From positions 42,284,001 to 42,348,000 of the forward strand of contig CM097887.1 in NCBI GenBank assembly GCA_044892525.1: DNA of 64,000 bases, read 5' to 3'. The translations under genes and the position numbers were made by a program. The notes below the pieces were generated by a model, which did not search any database, was not told where the DNA came from, and saw nothing but the letters and a program-made list of their open reading frames with translations. Shown here one piece after another: positions 1 through 13,060 of this stretch; position 1 is the first letter of the stretch; each line of letters begins with the position of its first letter. Origin of the DNA: Schmidtea polychroa. Taxonomy: Eukaryota.

Positions 1-189
1 GCGATTTATTTTGTTTTTATGCGCTTTAAAATGTGTTTTATGTGTAACTGCTTTGCTTTTCTTATTTTATTACTCATGTTTTACTTATTTTTAAATTTTT
101 GTTTTATTTGATATTATAAATGATTTTTAATAATCTTAGTAGGGTTTAATTGTTATATAGAGTTGTCTCAGCTGACCAGTCACTGTTAT

Positions 190-1735
190 TTATTTAATTA
201 TTGCTGAAGCTTTGTGTGATAAATTTTGAAACACGAAGGAATACACAATGACACAGCGCAATATACAGCTGTATGTTTGCTAATTTTTCCGGCTTACAAA
301 ACAACGTCTGGGTTATTTACGTGTAGTATCTACTCGATTAAACTACTCAGGAAAGTGTCTTTCTGTAAGTCGGAGAGTATGAGGTGATACGGAATGTCTT
401 CTAACTGACCGGGTTTGCAGTGGTCCAAATTTTGAATGGTATCTTTTACTATCATCATTCTGAATTCGGAGAAATTCATTAGAATTTTCTTTTTATTGCA
501 ATAAATACGTTGAAAAGTGAAAGGTGAATGGAAAAGAAAAATACCATTTATTCCATTTTCGTATGGTCTCTGTGAATGAAATCTACATGTCCACTTATCC
601 ACGCCGCCCATCTACTCGAATAATAAATTGTGTATGTAGGTTTTAGAATAGGATTTTTACTTCTATTTTTTGTCGATTGAGAAAAATTATCTTCATAAAT
701 TGATGAATACACAATGGCAATCTTTCCATCTGATGCCTAATACATTTTCTGAACACAATAATTGGTACATCAGTTTTCAATTTATTTGCCAATGTAGGAA
801 AAATTTTCCTATTGTTTCTTACTGCACCAGAAGCTCCAAATCGACAAGAGCGAAGTTTTGTGAATAAGACTGGGTTTGTATACCAATTATCAATAAATAC
901 AAACAATCAACCAATAAGAAAGTTTTAATTCCTAAACAATTTCTTTTTGAAGAGATATCTTGCTTGAAATACAATCTCCCTTTCAAAAGCATCAATGCAT
1001 AATTCTTTATTTGGGTAAGTTTAATACCTGAACCTATTTCTCAAATGATTGACTATCGGATCAATCTTGCAATCAGCATTCATCTTTCTATTATCATTGA
1101 AATGCAGACAATACAGGATACATTGAAATTTATTTCTTGTAAATATAGATGCGAAGAGATTAGAGCTATTAAGAAGATCTGTCAACCAATAATCTCATAT
1201 TTTCTGTTTGCCAAAAATCCATGTTAGCATAACTTTAGTATAGTATGATATATTAAATTTTCTTGCTTCTTTACATTGCAGAAAATTGTAATCTTTAACT
1301 TTAATTTCTTTTGATTAATAAAATTCTAAAACTCTAATCTCTTTTGACGATTTTCATGTTCCTTTTTGAGAACCATTTAAATATTTTTCTATTTTTATCT
1401 TGATCTCTACTAGTTCTTATTCTTTTTTGTATTTAAGTATTCTCAAAATTCTACAAAATAATTAAATAAAAAATCTGTATGTTAATAAACTTACCTGTTT
1501 TCGTTTAAACTTCAAAAAAGGCAAAATATACTTTATTATTAATTATTTTGCCAACTGTATCAAATGAAACTAGATGTTGAGGTCTCAATATTTGAGATGC
1601 TCAACAATACTGGTTCTTATATAAATAAATGAAGATAAGTCTAATTATAAAAATTTATTTAAAAATAAAATTTACCAATTAAAAATGTACAGATGCTTCA
1701 GGTACGTATAAATGTACGTTTGGTTGATTAATTAA
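190..1735 (-). mobile_element. Degenerate piggyBac (PGBD4-like) transposase remnant
   Basis: Minus-strand fragments in the expected order: ELCIDAF (~985), VFIDNWYTNPVLF...GAVRNNRKIFP (ORF 643-906), MGGVD...FSEFR (ORF 330-611), and the Cys-rich tail CAVSLCIPSCFKIYHTK (~205-265). Many stops and frameshifts. Boundaries approximate. Confidence 0.8.
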
Positions 1736-2319
1736 AATGTCACTTATCTTATCATGTTATCTCAAAATAATACATCAGACCGCTAGCACACCTCTCCCTC
1801 TCCTGTTGAGACTATAGTCAGAGAAATGTTCAGTGATGCTTGTCGGATTTTGTTTTCAGCGACATGAGCATCAGTTTTCTTTTTCTCTTTATAATTCGTT
1901 TTCTGTCTTCCCATAAAAATACTTAAAATAAAGTAAAAAAATAATTTATTAAAAATAATAATAAACATAATAATAATAATAATATTAAAAATAAATGACT
2001 ATTAAAATATTGAATATCATCGATATTATACGGACATTGTCGTTTCCAGCCCCGGATTAATGAGATACTTTTTGTGGTCCGACTGTAAATTTTTTGGGGC
2101 ATCCTACGATTCGTAAAAAAGAGTATTAAAATAAAGACAATTTACGGTTTTAATTTTTGTTTACAGTATAAGAAATGTGTTATAATGTAAAAATTTACAA
2201 ACTAACATTAAAATGTTTTCTTTTGCGCTTTTATCGTTCTAAATTCAGAAATATCTTCAAAATTTACGTCACGCAAAAAAACCTGAATCTATTGCAAGAA
2301 GAGATAAATAATTTAATCT

Positions 2320-2900
2320 TTCTTTTCCAATTCAAGCACGCATTTTGATCTTCAATAACTTTAATTTTGAAAAATATCTTTCTGTTTCACAGTTCGATAT
2401 TGGTATAGTTAAATATAGTCGTAAAGCAGTACAAATATTTGGAAACACACTTGATAAATTATGATGATAATAATACTTGAATAAAGAATACGCATCAATA
2501 TTTTTAATATCTGTTTCCTTTATAAATTCAGAAAATTGAATAATTTTTTGGTACAATGTGTCTTGAATATTGTTTTTGTAAAGATTAAACAGTTTTTCGC
2601 AGTTACTTTTTAATTCCTCAGATTCTGGTTAGTAGAATATCAACCTCGTTATAAAACCGAAGTTGTCAGCAATTTCAGTGTAAGCGAAATTAAGAGGATT
2701 GATTCCGATTTAAATTATATAGATATGGAATTAATCTCTAAAACTAAAGTATTCATGCAGGGAAGTTTTTCAATTTATTCATTCTCATATCCGGAGAAAG
2801 AAATAAAAAATTTCCTGGGAAAAATTATTACTATTAATTTAAAAAAAATTAAATAGTTTTAGCCCTAGAGCAGGCGCGCGTGGTCTCTTGGACTGACGCC
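2320..2900 (-). mobile_element. hAT (ZMYM1-like) C-terminal dimerisation-domain remnant
   Basis: ORF 2332-2556 contains VFPNICTALRLYLTIPISNCETERYFSKLKLLK, the hATC motif. A GC-rich TIR-like segment lies at ~2870-2900. Confidence 0.7.
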
Positions 2901-2984
2901 ATATAAAATGATATCAATTTAATTCATTATTTAATTTCGAAAAATTAATTTGATAATTATAATTTAAAATTTAATCTTTAAAAT

Positions 2985-3269
2985 TTATTTGAATTTTAAA
3001 TGACAATAACAAAAGCATTTGCCTGTATTAAAGAATTTTTCAATTATTTAATAAATTTCTAATAAATTTTATTTTATTTAGTGAACATTGATTTATTTTA
3101 ATTAATTTAACAATTATTTTTCAATATTAGTAAATAATTTAAAATTTAAATTATTTACTAATATTGAAAAATAATTGTTAAATTAATTAAAATAAATCAA
3201 TGTTCACTAAATAAAATAAAATTAATTAGAAATTTATTAAATAATTGAAAAATTCATTTAAAATTCAAA
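2985..3269. repeat. Long AT-rich palindrome (arms ~111 bp, 1-nt centre at 3144)
   Basis: 3033-3143 is the reverse complement of 3145-3255 with one mismatch. Pairing resumes (tttgaattttaaatg / catttaaaattcaaa) after about 30 extra bp in the left arm. Confidence 0.95.
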
Positions 3270-3989
3270 TAATTTAATAAAATTAATTACTAAAACAAAC
3301 GAAATAATACTTATTTAGAAAAATATATTTTAGAAAAGAAAAACTGAAATAGTAAAAATTAATTAATAAGTAGTAATTGTTTCATGACCTAAATAATTAA
3401 GAAAATTTTAAATATTATTAAAGTTATAAATTATTATTTAATTACGATTAAAACACTATTTACTAAAAAATTAACTGCAAATATAGAAAATTATTTATTA
3501 AAATATTAATTTAAAAAACAATTATAATACAAAAAATTATACTTCACTATTACTTCCATTTAAATTTAATAAATTTTCACCATTACAAATTATCTCAGAA
3601 GCACTTTCATTTAATCTAATTGAGTTATCCCCATGAATAATTTTCAAATCTTCCTCATTTATCATTTCTATTTAAATTATAGATTTCATTATTTTTATTG
3701 TTAGAAATCATTTTCTAAAGAAAATTTATAAAACTTACTTAAGTTGATATTATGCTAAAAGTAGAAAATCGTAAATTTGATTAACCTAAATTTAAAAATT
3801 AATATTTCTATTGATTTTTATAATTTCGGGCGATTATTAGAAATTCGCAAAGAATCAATAAGAAACATAATTTATAAATATAAAAAACTAGAGGACGTAC
3901 CCGATGTTGTTTTAGATTAACGATCTTTGATGTCGCAAAATTTCTTTTCGATAGTTGTCCTCTCTTATGAGCTACTTTTATTAAAAAAA

Positions 3990-6200
3990 ACTGTTTCATG
4001 AAACACATTTTTTATCGTAGAGCTGATTCATACACAACGTTTCGGGTTTTACTATCAGGCACAAAAACAAATAAATTCTTCCCGGTCCCTACTCTTGAAC
4101 ATGACACGCCGCGGCTGCTTGTCGTAAAGGTTGATCATCGAGCCAAGTGTGTGTCTGCTCCGGCGTTTCCGCTGCTCGGGAGGCTGTCAATACCCTCGAA
4201 GCTGATGTACTTCTGCCTATTAAGGTTCTTCTTTTTGGTGGCAGTTTGAAGATTTTCCAATGAAGTAATATAGTTTAGCAATATCACCTGAAAGAACTGT
4301 ATTTTACAAAGTTATCTTGAAAATTTGTTCTTGAAGTTACAATCAAAGACACATTGATAACTCAAACGCAGATCCGTTTAAAATACCAGTTTGATGAAAA
4401 ATTGGAAAATTGATTTCAGAATCTTTATGAGAAATGGCCTTGAACGATGTTTTAAACAATTTTGAAGTTGATTTGTAGGTAAGAAAGTTTCTTAGTAAAA
4501 TGTGTTTGGTAATGAGAGATGTCTTGCGATTTGCATATATATATATATATACTTTTATTCTTGAATTATTGAGGAAGCAATCACGTGCACAAACTTGGAA
4601 TTAAAGAACCCATCCCATAAGAAAGTCTTAACTGGTTCAATGGAAGAGACTCTAAACCTCGTTATTCTGATAGGAAAACCCGCTTTCAGAGAAGTAGAAT
4701 TAGGGTCACGTTTTTTGTAAAAACGCATAACGTTATTAGTTTATTTATCGTCGTAGATCACAGTCTTATTCTTCAATAATGTTTTCTTAGTGTTTTTTAA
4801 TTTTAAGTAATTCTCTTGTGATGTGTGCTATATTAGCAATTGGTTTGGCAAACTTTCCAATGAAGATCGCGTAATATCTCCTTTAATTGTATTCTTCCAT
4901 GCTTTTTATATATCCATTTATTTATTATATTTGTAACTTATTTAGGAATCCGGATAATCGACAATAAATTCTTCAACAAAGTTAAGATGAGGGAATGATT
5001 AGTTACAGGATAAAATTACCTCTCATGTGTTACTCCATAATAATTATGCTTGGTTTTAATTAAATAAAATTGATTTCACAATATACAACTCTCGGTGTCA
5101 AATCACTATAAGTGTTTTTAATGAATATTAGTAAATTGAAATAACCAATTAACCACTTTGTACTCAATCAAAATTCCTGTCAATTCGTAGCATGATAATA
5201 ACATCTCAAGCAACCGAGACTCCTTATAAGGGAATAGCACTGTCAATAAATCACTCAGTCTCATTTATTTCTCACTTAATTATTTTCAGAGAACTTTTTT
5301 TAGATTTAATCACAATTAGAATCAGCGGGATAAACATTGATATTATGCATAAAGTAAGAAATAATCATGGAATTGATCAAGCTTAGGTCAACGAATAATT
5401 AATGATCCCATTAATGAAAAAAATTTTTAAATAATTCGAAATTAAGGGAAAATGAAGTTGAAAAATAATCAACTAAAGTTAATTCCCACAGATTGGAAGG
5501 TGCAATACACGGTATTTGTTTTTATGAATTCCAATTTTGAGGTTGATACAGATGAAAGCTGTCGAAAAGTTAATATTTGAGATTTATTTTCACTATTTAA
5601 TATTGATCGAATATTTCCATATTAATAAAAACTTCTATGATTGGGATCCGCTTGTCGGGTAACATACATCCTCTGATTATGGATATGGAAAATAATTCGA
5701 TTTGTTTCATTGATTAGAGTGAATTCTAACCCACTGATTTACACTAAGTTCTGTTTCGATATTCGGATTTTTCGTAATAATGAATCAATATATTATGCCT
5801 GAAACAAATTTAAATTAACGCTATTCAGTGTGTCTATAGCGTAATTTTGGAAAACCGTTTTACCTTATTGGGATTCTCAGATTTACCAATATACATTAAT
5901 TCCATTTACTGCAAGTTCGATTGACATACAATTCATTAATCTCTTTGTCAAAACATTTTTCTAACTTCACATTCAGGAATTTGTGTTGAATTTGCCTTGA
6001 TTTAATAACACCTGTGTTGCATTCGTTTAGTTTACTCTCTTTGTGTTATGGTTAATTTACTAGCAAAATCACTAAAACAAAACTTTTGTAAAACATTTTT
6101 TGATCTATATTGAAATTTGAATTCGACTGAATTCAGAATCATAATTTACCAAATATCATCAATATAAATCATCAATATTCTGTGATATACTAATGGATAT
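3990..6200 (-). mobile_element. Highly degenerate Penelope-like retroelement remnant
   Basis: Minus-strand traces: ETELSV..GLEF (~5720-5760), YYGVTHER.FYPV (similar to FYGLPKxHK, ~5000-5050), a GMGS motif (~4610), a GIY-YIG-like tail SLENLQTATKKKNLNRQ (~4215-4270), and a terminal cctgatag...cgaaacgtt motif typical of PLE ends (~4036-4062). Confidence 0.45.
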
Positions 6201-7067
6201 ATTATTGGAACACTTATTTATTAGATAATGTGCGTATGATCAACTCGTATGACCAATTCAGGCCTTCTACGGCGTTAAAGCGATTTTAGAAGTGTATATA
6301 TTTTGTGGTTCCGAGTTTCAATTCTTATTTTCTTCACTTTTGAAGTGTTTGGATTAATATTTGTAATATTTGGCCTAATTTGAATATGTAAAATATTTTG
6401 CTTGTTATTTGTCATATTAAACTTCATAATTTATTCATTTGGAATATTTTACTTCTTAACTTGTTTAATATCTAAATTTGAATAATAATTATATCAATAT
6501 TTATAAATTAATATACCTATATGAAAATCTTCCTCAATACCCACTGTGACATTTATTCGTTGATAATTTAACACTGTCATGGGGAGCTACTCGCGCAGCA
6601 AGCTAATAATCGGAAAAATTGATGAATTGTAAATGCAACATAGTATAAAATTTTGTTCCATTTAACAGCTTCGATAATAAAATTTGCGTAGATAGTTGCG
6701 ATTGTATCCACGAGCTGGTTTTTATTCTGTTCCAAGTTCATTGAAATGACTTTTCGCTGTTCCTACTGAATTTGTTATTTACTGTAAAATCTTAATATGG
6801 TGGAATTTTGTCTGTTGCTATTACTAAGGTAGGCATGTTTTTTTATTAATTTTTATTATTCAAACAAATTACACCGAATCAAATTTTAATATGCAATTTA
6901 ATATTAAATGTAATATAAAGAAAAAAAAGTGTTTCAGCAGGCACTACAAACACCTAATTAATTTTATTAATAATAATAATTTTACATTACCGAGGTTTAT
7001 TAATAATTTCTGTGGTTTCGTCCATAAAAAGGCATATATATCCTAAATAATAATTCCTAAATCTCAC

Positions 7068-8860
7068 CATCATTTATAATAAATTTAGTGAAGTTCATTA
7101 TTATTTTGATTTTCTAAGTGATTAAATAATAAAATGTTTCTACTTAAAAATAACTTACCTTAATCATTACACCTAAATCCGAAATATAAAAGTTTCTATG
7201 ATCTAAAAAATCGATAAAATTATAGTATAATAACACACAAACTTACCTGTGTGTAAAATTTTAATGTTCCGAAAATTAAAAGTTTTTAAATAGGAATTGA
7301 GAAAGTGACAGAAAAATATTGTTACATACATACACAGCACACATAATATAAAATACATGCAATTTATATTAGCGTTTTTTATTCCGAAGGTTAAAACTAA
7401 TTAACAAAATCATTATTTTTAATATATTCTTTCTTAAATGTATTAAAAAATTAATGTGTTTGGTGATTACTTTATTTATTTATAGTTAAAAATATATCTA
7501 ACTTACATTTTATCGAAATAATTCCAAGTAAATTCATAACATTTCTTAAAAAATCCTGAAAATTAATTAAAAATAATTTATAATCAAAATGTTAAAAATT
7601 TTAATGTTCCGAAAATTAAAAGTTTTTATATAGGAATTGAGAAAGTGACAGAAAAATATTGTTACATACATACACAGCACACATAATATAAAATACATGC
7701 AATTTATTATAGCGTTTTTTATTCCGAAGGTTAAAACTAATTAACAAAATCATTATTTTTAATATATTCTTTCTTAAATGTCTTAAAAAATTAATGTGTT
7801 TAGTGATTACTTTATTTATTTATAGTTAAAAATATATCTAACTTACATTTTATCGAAATAATTCCAAGTAAATTCATAACATTTCTTAAAAAATCCTGAA
7901 AATTAATTAAAAATAATTTATAATCAAAATGTTAAAAATTTTAATGTTCCGAAAATTAAAAGTTTTTATATAGGAATTGAGAAAGTGACAGAAAAATATT
8001 GTTACATACATACACAGCACACATAATATAAAATACATGCAATTTATTATAGCGTTTTTTATTCCGAAGGTTAAAACTAATTAACAAAATCATTATTTTT
8101 AATATATTCTTTCTTAAATGTCTTAAAAAATTAATGTGTTTGGTGATTACTTTATTTATTTATAGTTAAAAATATATCTAACTTACATTTTATCGAAATA
8201 ATTCCAAGTAAATTCATAACATTTCTTAAAAAATCCTGAAAATTAATTAAAAATAATTTATAATCAAAATGTTAAAAATTTTAATGTTCCGAAAATTAAA
8301 AGTTTTTATATAGGAATTGAGAAAGTGACAGAAAAATATTGTTACATACATACACAGCACACATAATATAAAATACATGCAATTTATTATAGCGTTTTTT
8401 ATTCCGAAGGTTAAAACTAATTAACAAAATCATTTTTTTTAATATATTCTTTCTTAAATGTCTTAAAAAATTAAAGTGTTTGGTGATTACTTTATTTATT
8501 TATAGTTAAAAATATATCTAACTTACATTTTAACGAAATAATTCCAAGTAAATTCATAAAATTTCTTAAAAAATCCAATTAATTAATTAGAACTAATTTA
8601 TAATCAAAATGTTGACTACAAGTAATATTTAAAAGCTTAAATGATGATCTCATAATTATATAAAATCAAAATTCAAGCCTTAAAAGTTACTTAAATACTT
8701 GTAAAACCATTAAATAAAAATTGAATAAATGAAGTACAAATGTAAATAACTCTCATAAATGGTGAATCATCCACTGATGAACACACCAATGTGTATTACA
8801 CCAAACACCACTGAGAACCGTTTCCAATAATAAAAGTATTAGAAGCTGCTAAAACATCTT
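7068..8860 (-). CDS. Unidentified multi-exon membrane-protein gene or relic (partial model)
   Basis: Phase-consistent GT-AG exons: 8860-8802 (phase 1>0), 7555-7507 (0>1), 7396-7247 (1>1), 7202-7159 (1>0), 7113-7068 (0>1). Introns among the last four exons are 110, 44 and 45 nt. Spliced peptide: ..DVLAASNTFIIGNGSQWCL-DFLRNVMNLLGIISIK-FLTFGIKNANINCMYFILCVLCMYVTIFFCHFLNSYLKTFNFRNIKILHT-DHRNFYISDLGVMIK-KIKIIMNFTKFIIND. Start and stop not resolved; family not recognised. Confidence 0.45.
7255..8613. repeat. Tandem repeat, four copies of a 340-bp unit
   Basis: The marker gttaaaaattttaatgttccg recurs at 7591, 7931 and 8271 (period 340). Copies differ by only a few substitutions. Confidence 0.97.
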
Positions 8861-8939
8861 CTAAATTGTTTTTTTAAATCCGGTTCAAAAGTTAAAGACA
8901 TAATTCCAAATATTTATTTAATGAAATTGTTGGGTTTTT

Positions 8940-10800
8940 AGTTAATTTAAGTCGGTTACCTCTGACTCCTCGTTTCCTTTAAATCCAAACAATAAACGAT
9001 CCAACGTATATTGAAATCAAAATATATTTTCTCTCAATAATACACAATCAATAATAAATAGTCGAACAGTTCGAGTTTGACTGATTCTCAGCTCGGTGTT
9101 GATGCTTTGATAAAGATAATACTCACTTTTATTTCCTTAGGTTCTCTTGACCAACGTTTCTCTTTGATTTGATGCTTTTCACACTTTTTATTCTTATCCT
9201 ATCTCTTCTTTTTCCCTAATCTCCTAAATTTGTTTTTACCTTTTCCTAAGCTCGATTTGTTCTAACCGTAGCTGAGGCAAAATGCCGATTTGCTCTGATT
9301 TTCCCCTTCCTTATATACTCTTCGAAATCGGGATGACAAATGGTTATTGCCGAGCCAATTTCTCACTTGACATTGGCTTCCACGTATCTGTTAGGTTCAA
9401 TGGGTAGGTACTCGAACTAACACAATCGTAAATCTGACTCCACAAATATTAGTTATAACACGTGTAGGTAATTTATATATAAATAACAAATAGGCTTTTA
9501 AATATTTATTTAAAACTAAATATTTTACAAAAATTGATTCAATTACAATTAAGAAAACTGGCTGCACGCTAAAGCTCAGATATCGGTTAAATAAACCGCC
9601 CTAAAGATTATTTCAAAGGATCAAGGCTGGCCCTAAATGCGCCAACAGCCAGGTGAACGGATAAAGAAGAGGGATTCCCGAAGTTTTATCGCTATACTAT
9701 TAACCCAGATAATTGATTAATAGTTGTAATTATAACAGTCAAAACAGCTACAAAAGTGTTGGCTGATGACTGTGCTCTTTAGATTTAAATGTTTAAATAT
9801 TAAAATGTGAATAACTATTATAACTATTACTGTAATTAATTAATAAACTAACTCAAGTTGTTTTAACTCTTGTGAATAATGATGAAATAGTATATTCCAA
9901 AGTAGATAACACCGATCGATAAATAATTTACAGAAATTTGAATTGTCTCGATTATATTCTAAAAATAGTTTTGATTTCATTTATTTATGGTGAGCCTCCT
10001 AAATATATTCTTTTCTTTTCGTTTGTCCTATTTTTTGTCGTCCCCTAAACTAAAATTTACAGCGGTATTTATATTATTTTTATTTAATCTATTTTATTAA
10101 TAGTAATTATTTAATTACTATTTTTTCTACTTATTTTTATTTAAATACTATTTTTGTTAAAAATCTAAATATAGTAATTGTTTATTACTATTTATAATTA
10201 AATTCTAAACTTAGTAATTTTAATTCTATTTTTGGTAATTATTTAATACTATTAGTAATTAATTTTTATTTAACTCAAAGATTTCATAATACTTTTAGTT
10301 CCGGTTCCTACTGAACCCCAACATATCTGCTTTGGCTGTCACCCATAATGGTCCAACGAACAAAGATAATTAATGGCCCGTCCGGCCTTTCTACACGCAC
10401 TATATTCTCCTTGCTCTTTTCCAATTAATCATTGTGTCAAGCTAATGGGTCCAAATCTTCCTTCTGTTTACTTTTCTTCTTGTTTATCCAGCTCGGGTTT
10501 CCTTCATCTCTCCGGTTCTCCATTGGCTCGGGTTTCCCACTAGCTCGGGTTTTCTATTAGCTAATTAATTAATTAATGTTTTCGGTTTTTACACATTTGA
10601 ATGCTTTTCGAGAACTTCCTAACCATTTTCTGATAAATCCCCAATCATCATCTTGTTGACCATTAGCTAATCTATACCTGTCCCGTTTTCCCGATTCGAT
10701 TTCGATGATTTTACAATTTATTGATTTTTCTCGGATTTCCGGATTCTTGCCTTTCGTAACTGCTTTTACCATTTCCTAATACTGCTTCCATCGTACTTTC
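8940..10800 (-). mobile_element. LTR-retrotransposon remnants (LTR, leader and pol 3' fragments)
   Basis: The leader motif acgaggagtcagag..ccgactta (8950-8975) is shared with 24815-24845. The motif ttggctcgggttt..attagctaattaatt (10520-10570) is shared with 21670-21710 and 25300-25370. Confidence 0.55.
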
Positions 10801-11049
10801 CTTTACTATTAATTCTGTGCATGATCACGCTCTTATTTGTCTTTTTTCTTCACTTACTTTTTATTTAAATTACCAACCTAAATTTCATTTAAATTTTATT
10901 TTAATTTACAGACCTCTACAAAATCAAATTTAAAAATTATTTAAAATTATTTTAATAGTCAATTATTTGCAATTTAAAATTATTTTGATAAACCATTGAA
11001 ATATTTAACTCTCAGCTGAAAACACTTCACAATAAGAAAAAGATCAATA

Positions 11050-12500
11050 ATTTTACATTATAGAAACAAACATACTTACTTTGATTCCACGCTGATGTTT
11101 TCATTTAAAGTGCAGTGAGATACATCTTATACTATAGAAATCTAAAGAGTGGAAGAAAAATTAAATACTGCACACAAGCAACACATATTTTAATAAAACA
11201 CATACAAACTTTTGTTTAATAGAAATGCACCACTGAGATACATTTCTATAATAACTTGATTTTAGACAATTTTTAGAAGAAAAAGATCGCTGAAAATTTT
11301 TTAAAATATATTTTTAATGAAATTATCAAGAGCTGATGAATTTGGTTCAATGTCTTTTCAATCCAGATTTGATTTCCTGAAAGAAGCCCCTCATATTAAG
11401 CTCAGAAAAAAAATTAATTTTATTCATATTCGGCGAATTTATTTATTTAATTATAATTAAAAATATATCTGACTCATATTTTTTCGAAATAATTCCAAAA
11501 TACTTAAAGATAAATCTCATAAAATTTCTTAAAAACCCTGAAAATTAATTAAAAATAATTTATAATTATACTGTTGATTAAAAGTAACATTTAAGAACTT
11601 AAATAATTATCTCATATCTATATGGATCAAAATTCAAATAATCACCTTTGTTGGATGATGAGTGTAGGCCCATCACCACATTTATACTCAACAAATATTA
11701 TAAGACAGGGCCCAGGAGATGTAGGGTCAATATATGTGCTGAGGAGAGACAGTAGACCCAGATAACCTAATCCAATACAAAAATAACACACTCAACTCGA
11801 ATCTTTGCAATAAAATAGTATTTGTGAACAATCGAACATTCAATCCTTCCTTATGTTATTCAATCCAATCCAATACAGTCCAAAAACATTATCATCATCC
11901 CTTGTGATTTTATTAACTATACATCTAATTAACAATGGATATATTTTATTCATTTATTGACTATCTGTATATTTATTTTATAACAATGGTATATATATAT
12001 GATCCTTTATATGTGACTAATTTTACTTATTTTATTATTGGCATATATATGAATTATTTGTATTATATTTGTAGTTTGTTAATATATCTTTCCGTATACA
12101 TATTTAATATTTTACAAAAGGGTAAATTAATCAATAATAATTAAATTTAGAGATAAATAATAAAAATAATAACAACAATAATAATAATATTAATAATCAG
12201 CAATCTAATGGTCTGTAATTATTTTATTACAAAAAGAAAAAGAAACAGCTGTCAATGAAAAAGAAATTATAATATTATAAAGCTATAATAAATCTGTAGC
12301 TAAGAAATAAATTAATAAACAGATGTTAAAAATTATTAAAAATATATTCCGTGCATATATGCCGGAAATTAAAATATTTTATTTTATTGACATATGAAAT
12401 AGTATAAATACCCAAAAAATATGCAAAAAATTCGCCAAAAATTAGCGCGTTAACCGTTTCAAAGGGAATTCCTGCAAAACATTTAAAACCGTAGACAACA
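11050..12500 (-). pseudogene. Diverged paralogous exons of the unidentified membrane gene
   Basis: 11440-11640 aligns at DNA level with the 3' part of the 340-bp unit and its flank (8500-8660). ORF 12326-12565 (AGIPFETVNALIFGEFFAYFLGIYTISYVNKIKYFNFRHI) resembles the 7396-7247 exon (FGIKNANINCMYF..NSYLKTFNFRNI). The equivalent donor sites appear lost. Confidence 0.35.
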
Positions 12501-13060
12501 CAGAAACGTCTCACACGTTCTTTCAAGCAGTAACTATAGCAGTAAACATAAGCACGAGTACACAACAGATAACACTACACACAATTTAAACCAGTTTCTG
12601 AATAAAGCCAATTTAGATATTTTGTATTGATCTTGTCATTTTTGTCATAATTGTCATTTTGAAATTCTATTCTTGAGGTAAATATATATTCATATACAGT
12701 TTTTCGTTTTGATATATATATATATATATATACATAAGAACCAGACAAGTTGAGTGTTTTCGAATATCGAGACCTCAACACCTTTAATGATAGTGTTAAT
12801 ATTTTCCTTTAATATTTTCTGGGAAATCCCGTATCCTGGTTAATTAAAAAGTGTCGGAAAATGAAACTCTAGGCATGATTAATTCATCATATGATATATA
12901 ACAATAAAAATGCAGCTAATATGCAAGTTGTCTTTGTTAATTTGTATAAAAAAATTTATAAGAACTTCTTTTGATTTTCAATTGACATTATATTTATTGA
13001 AAACTTGACTATGAATCAGTAAATATATAAAAAAACATCGATATCTTTACTGGTTCATAG

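Noticed and set aside
7255-8613. Tandem arrays (340-bp, 226-bp, 12-bp) as CRISPR-like arrays
   Set aside because: There are no unique spacers between repeats, the context is eukaryotic, and no cas genes are present.
11649-11923. Solo LTR (TG...CA) with an AATAAA-like signal
   Set aside because: It looks LTR-like, but there is no matching TSD and no second copy in the window, so it is not listed as a feature.
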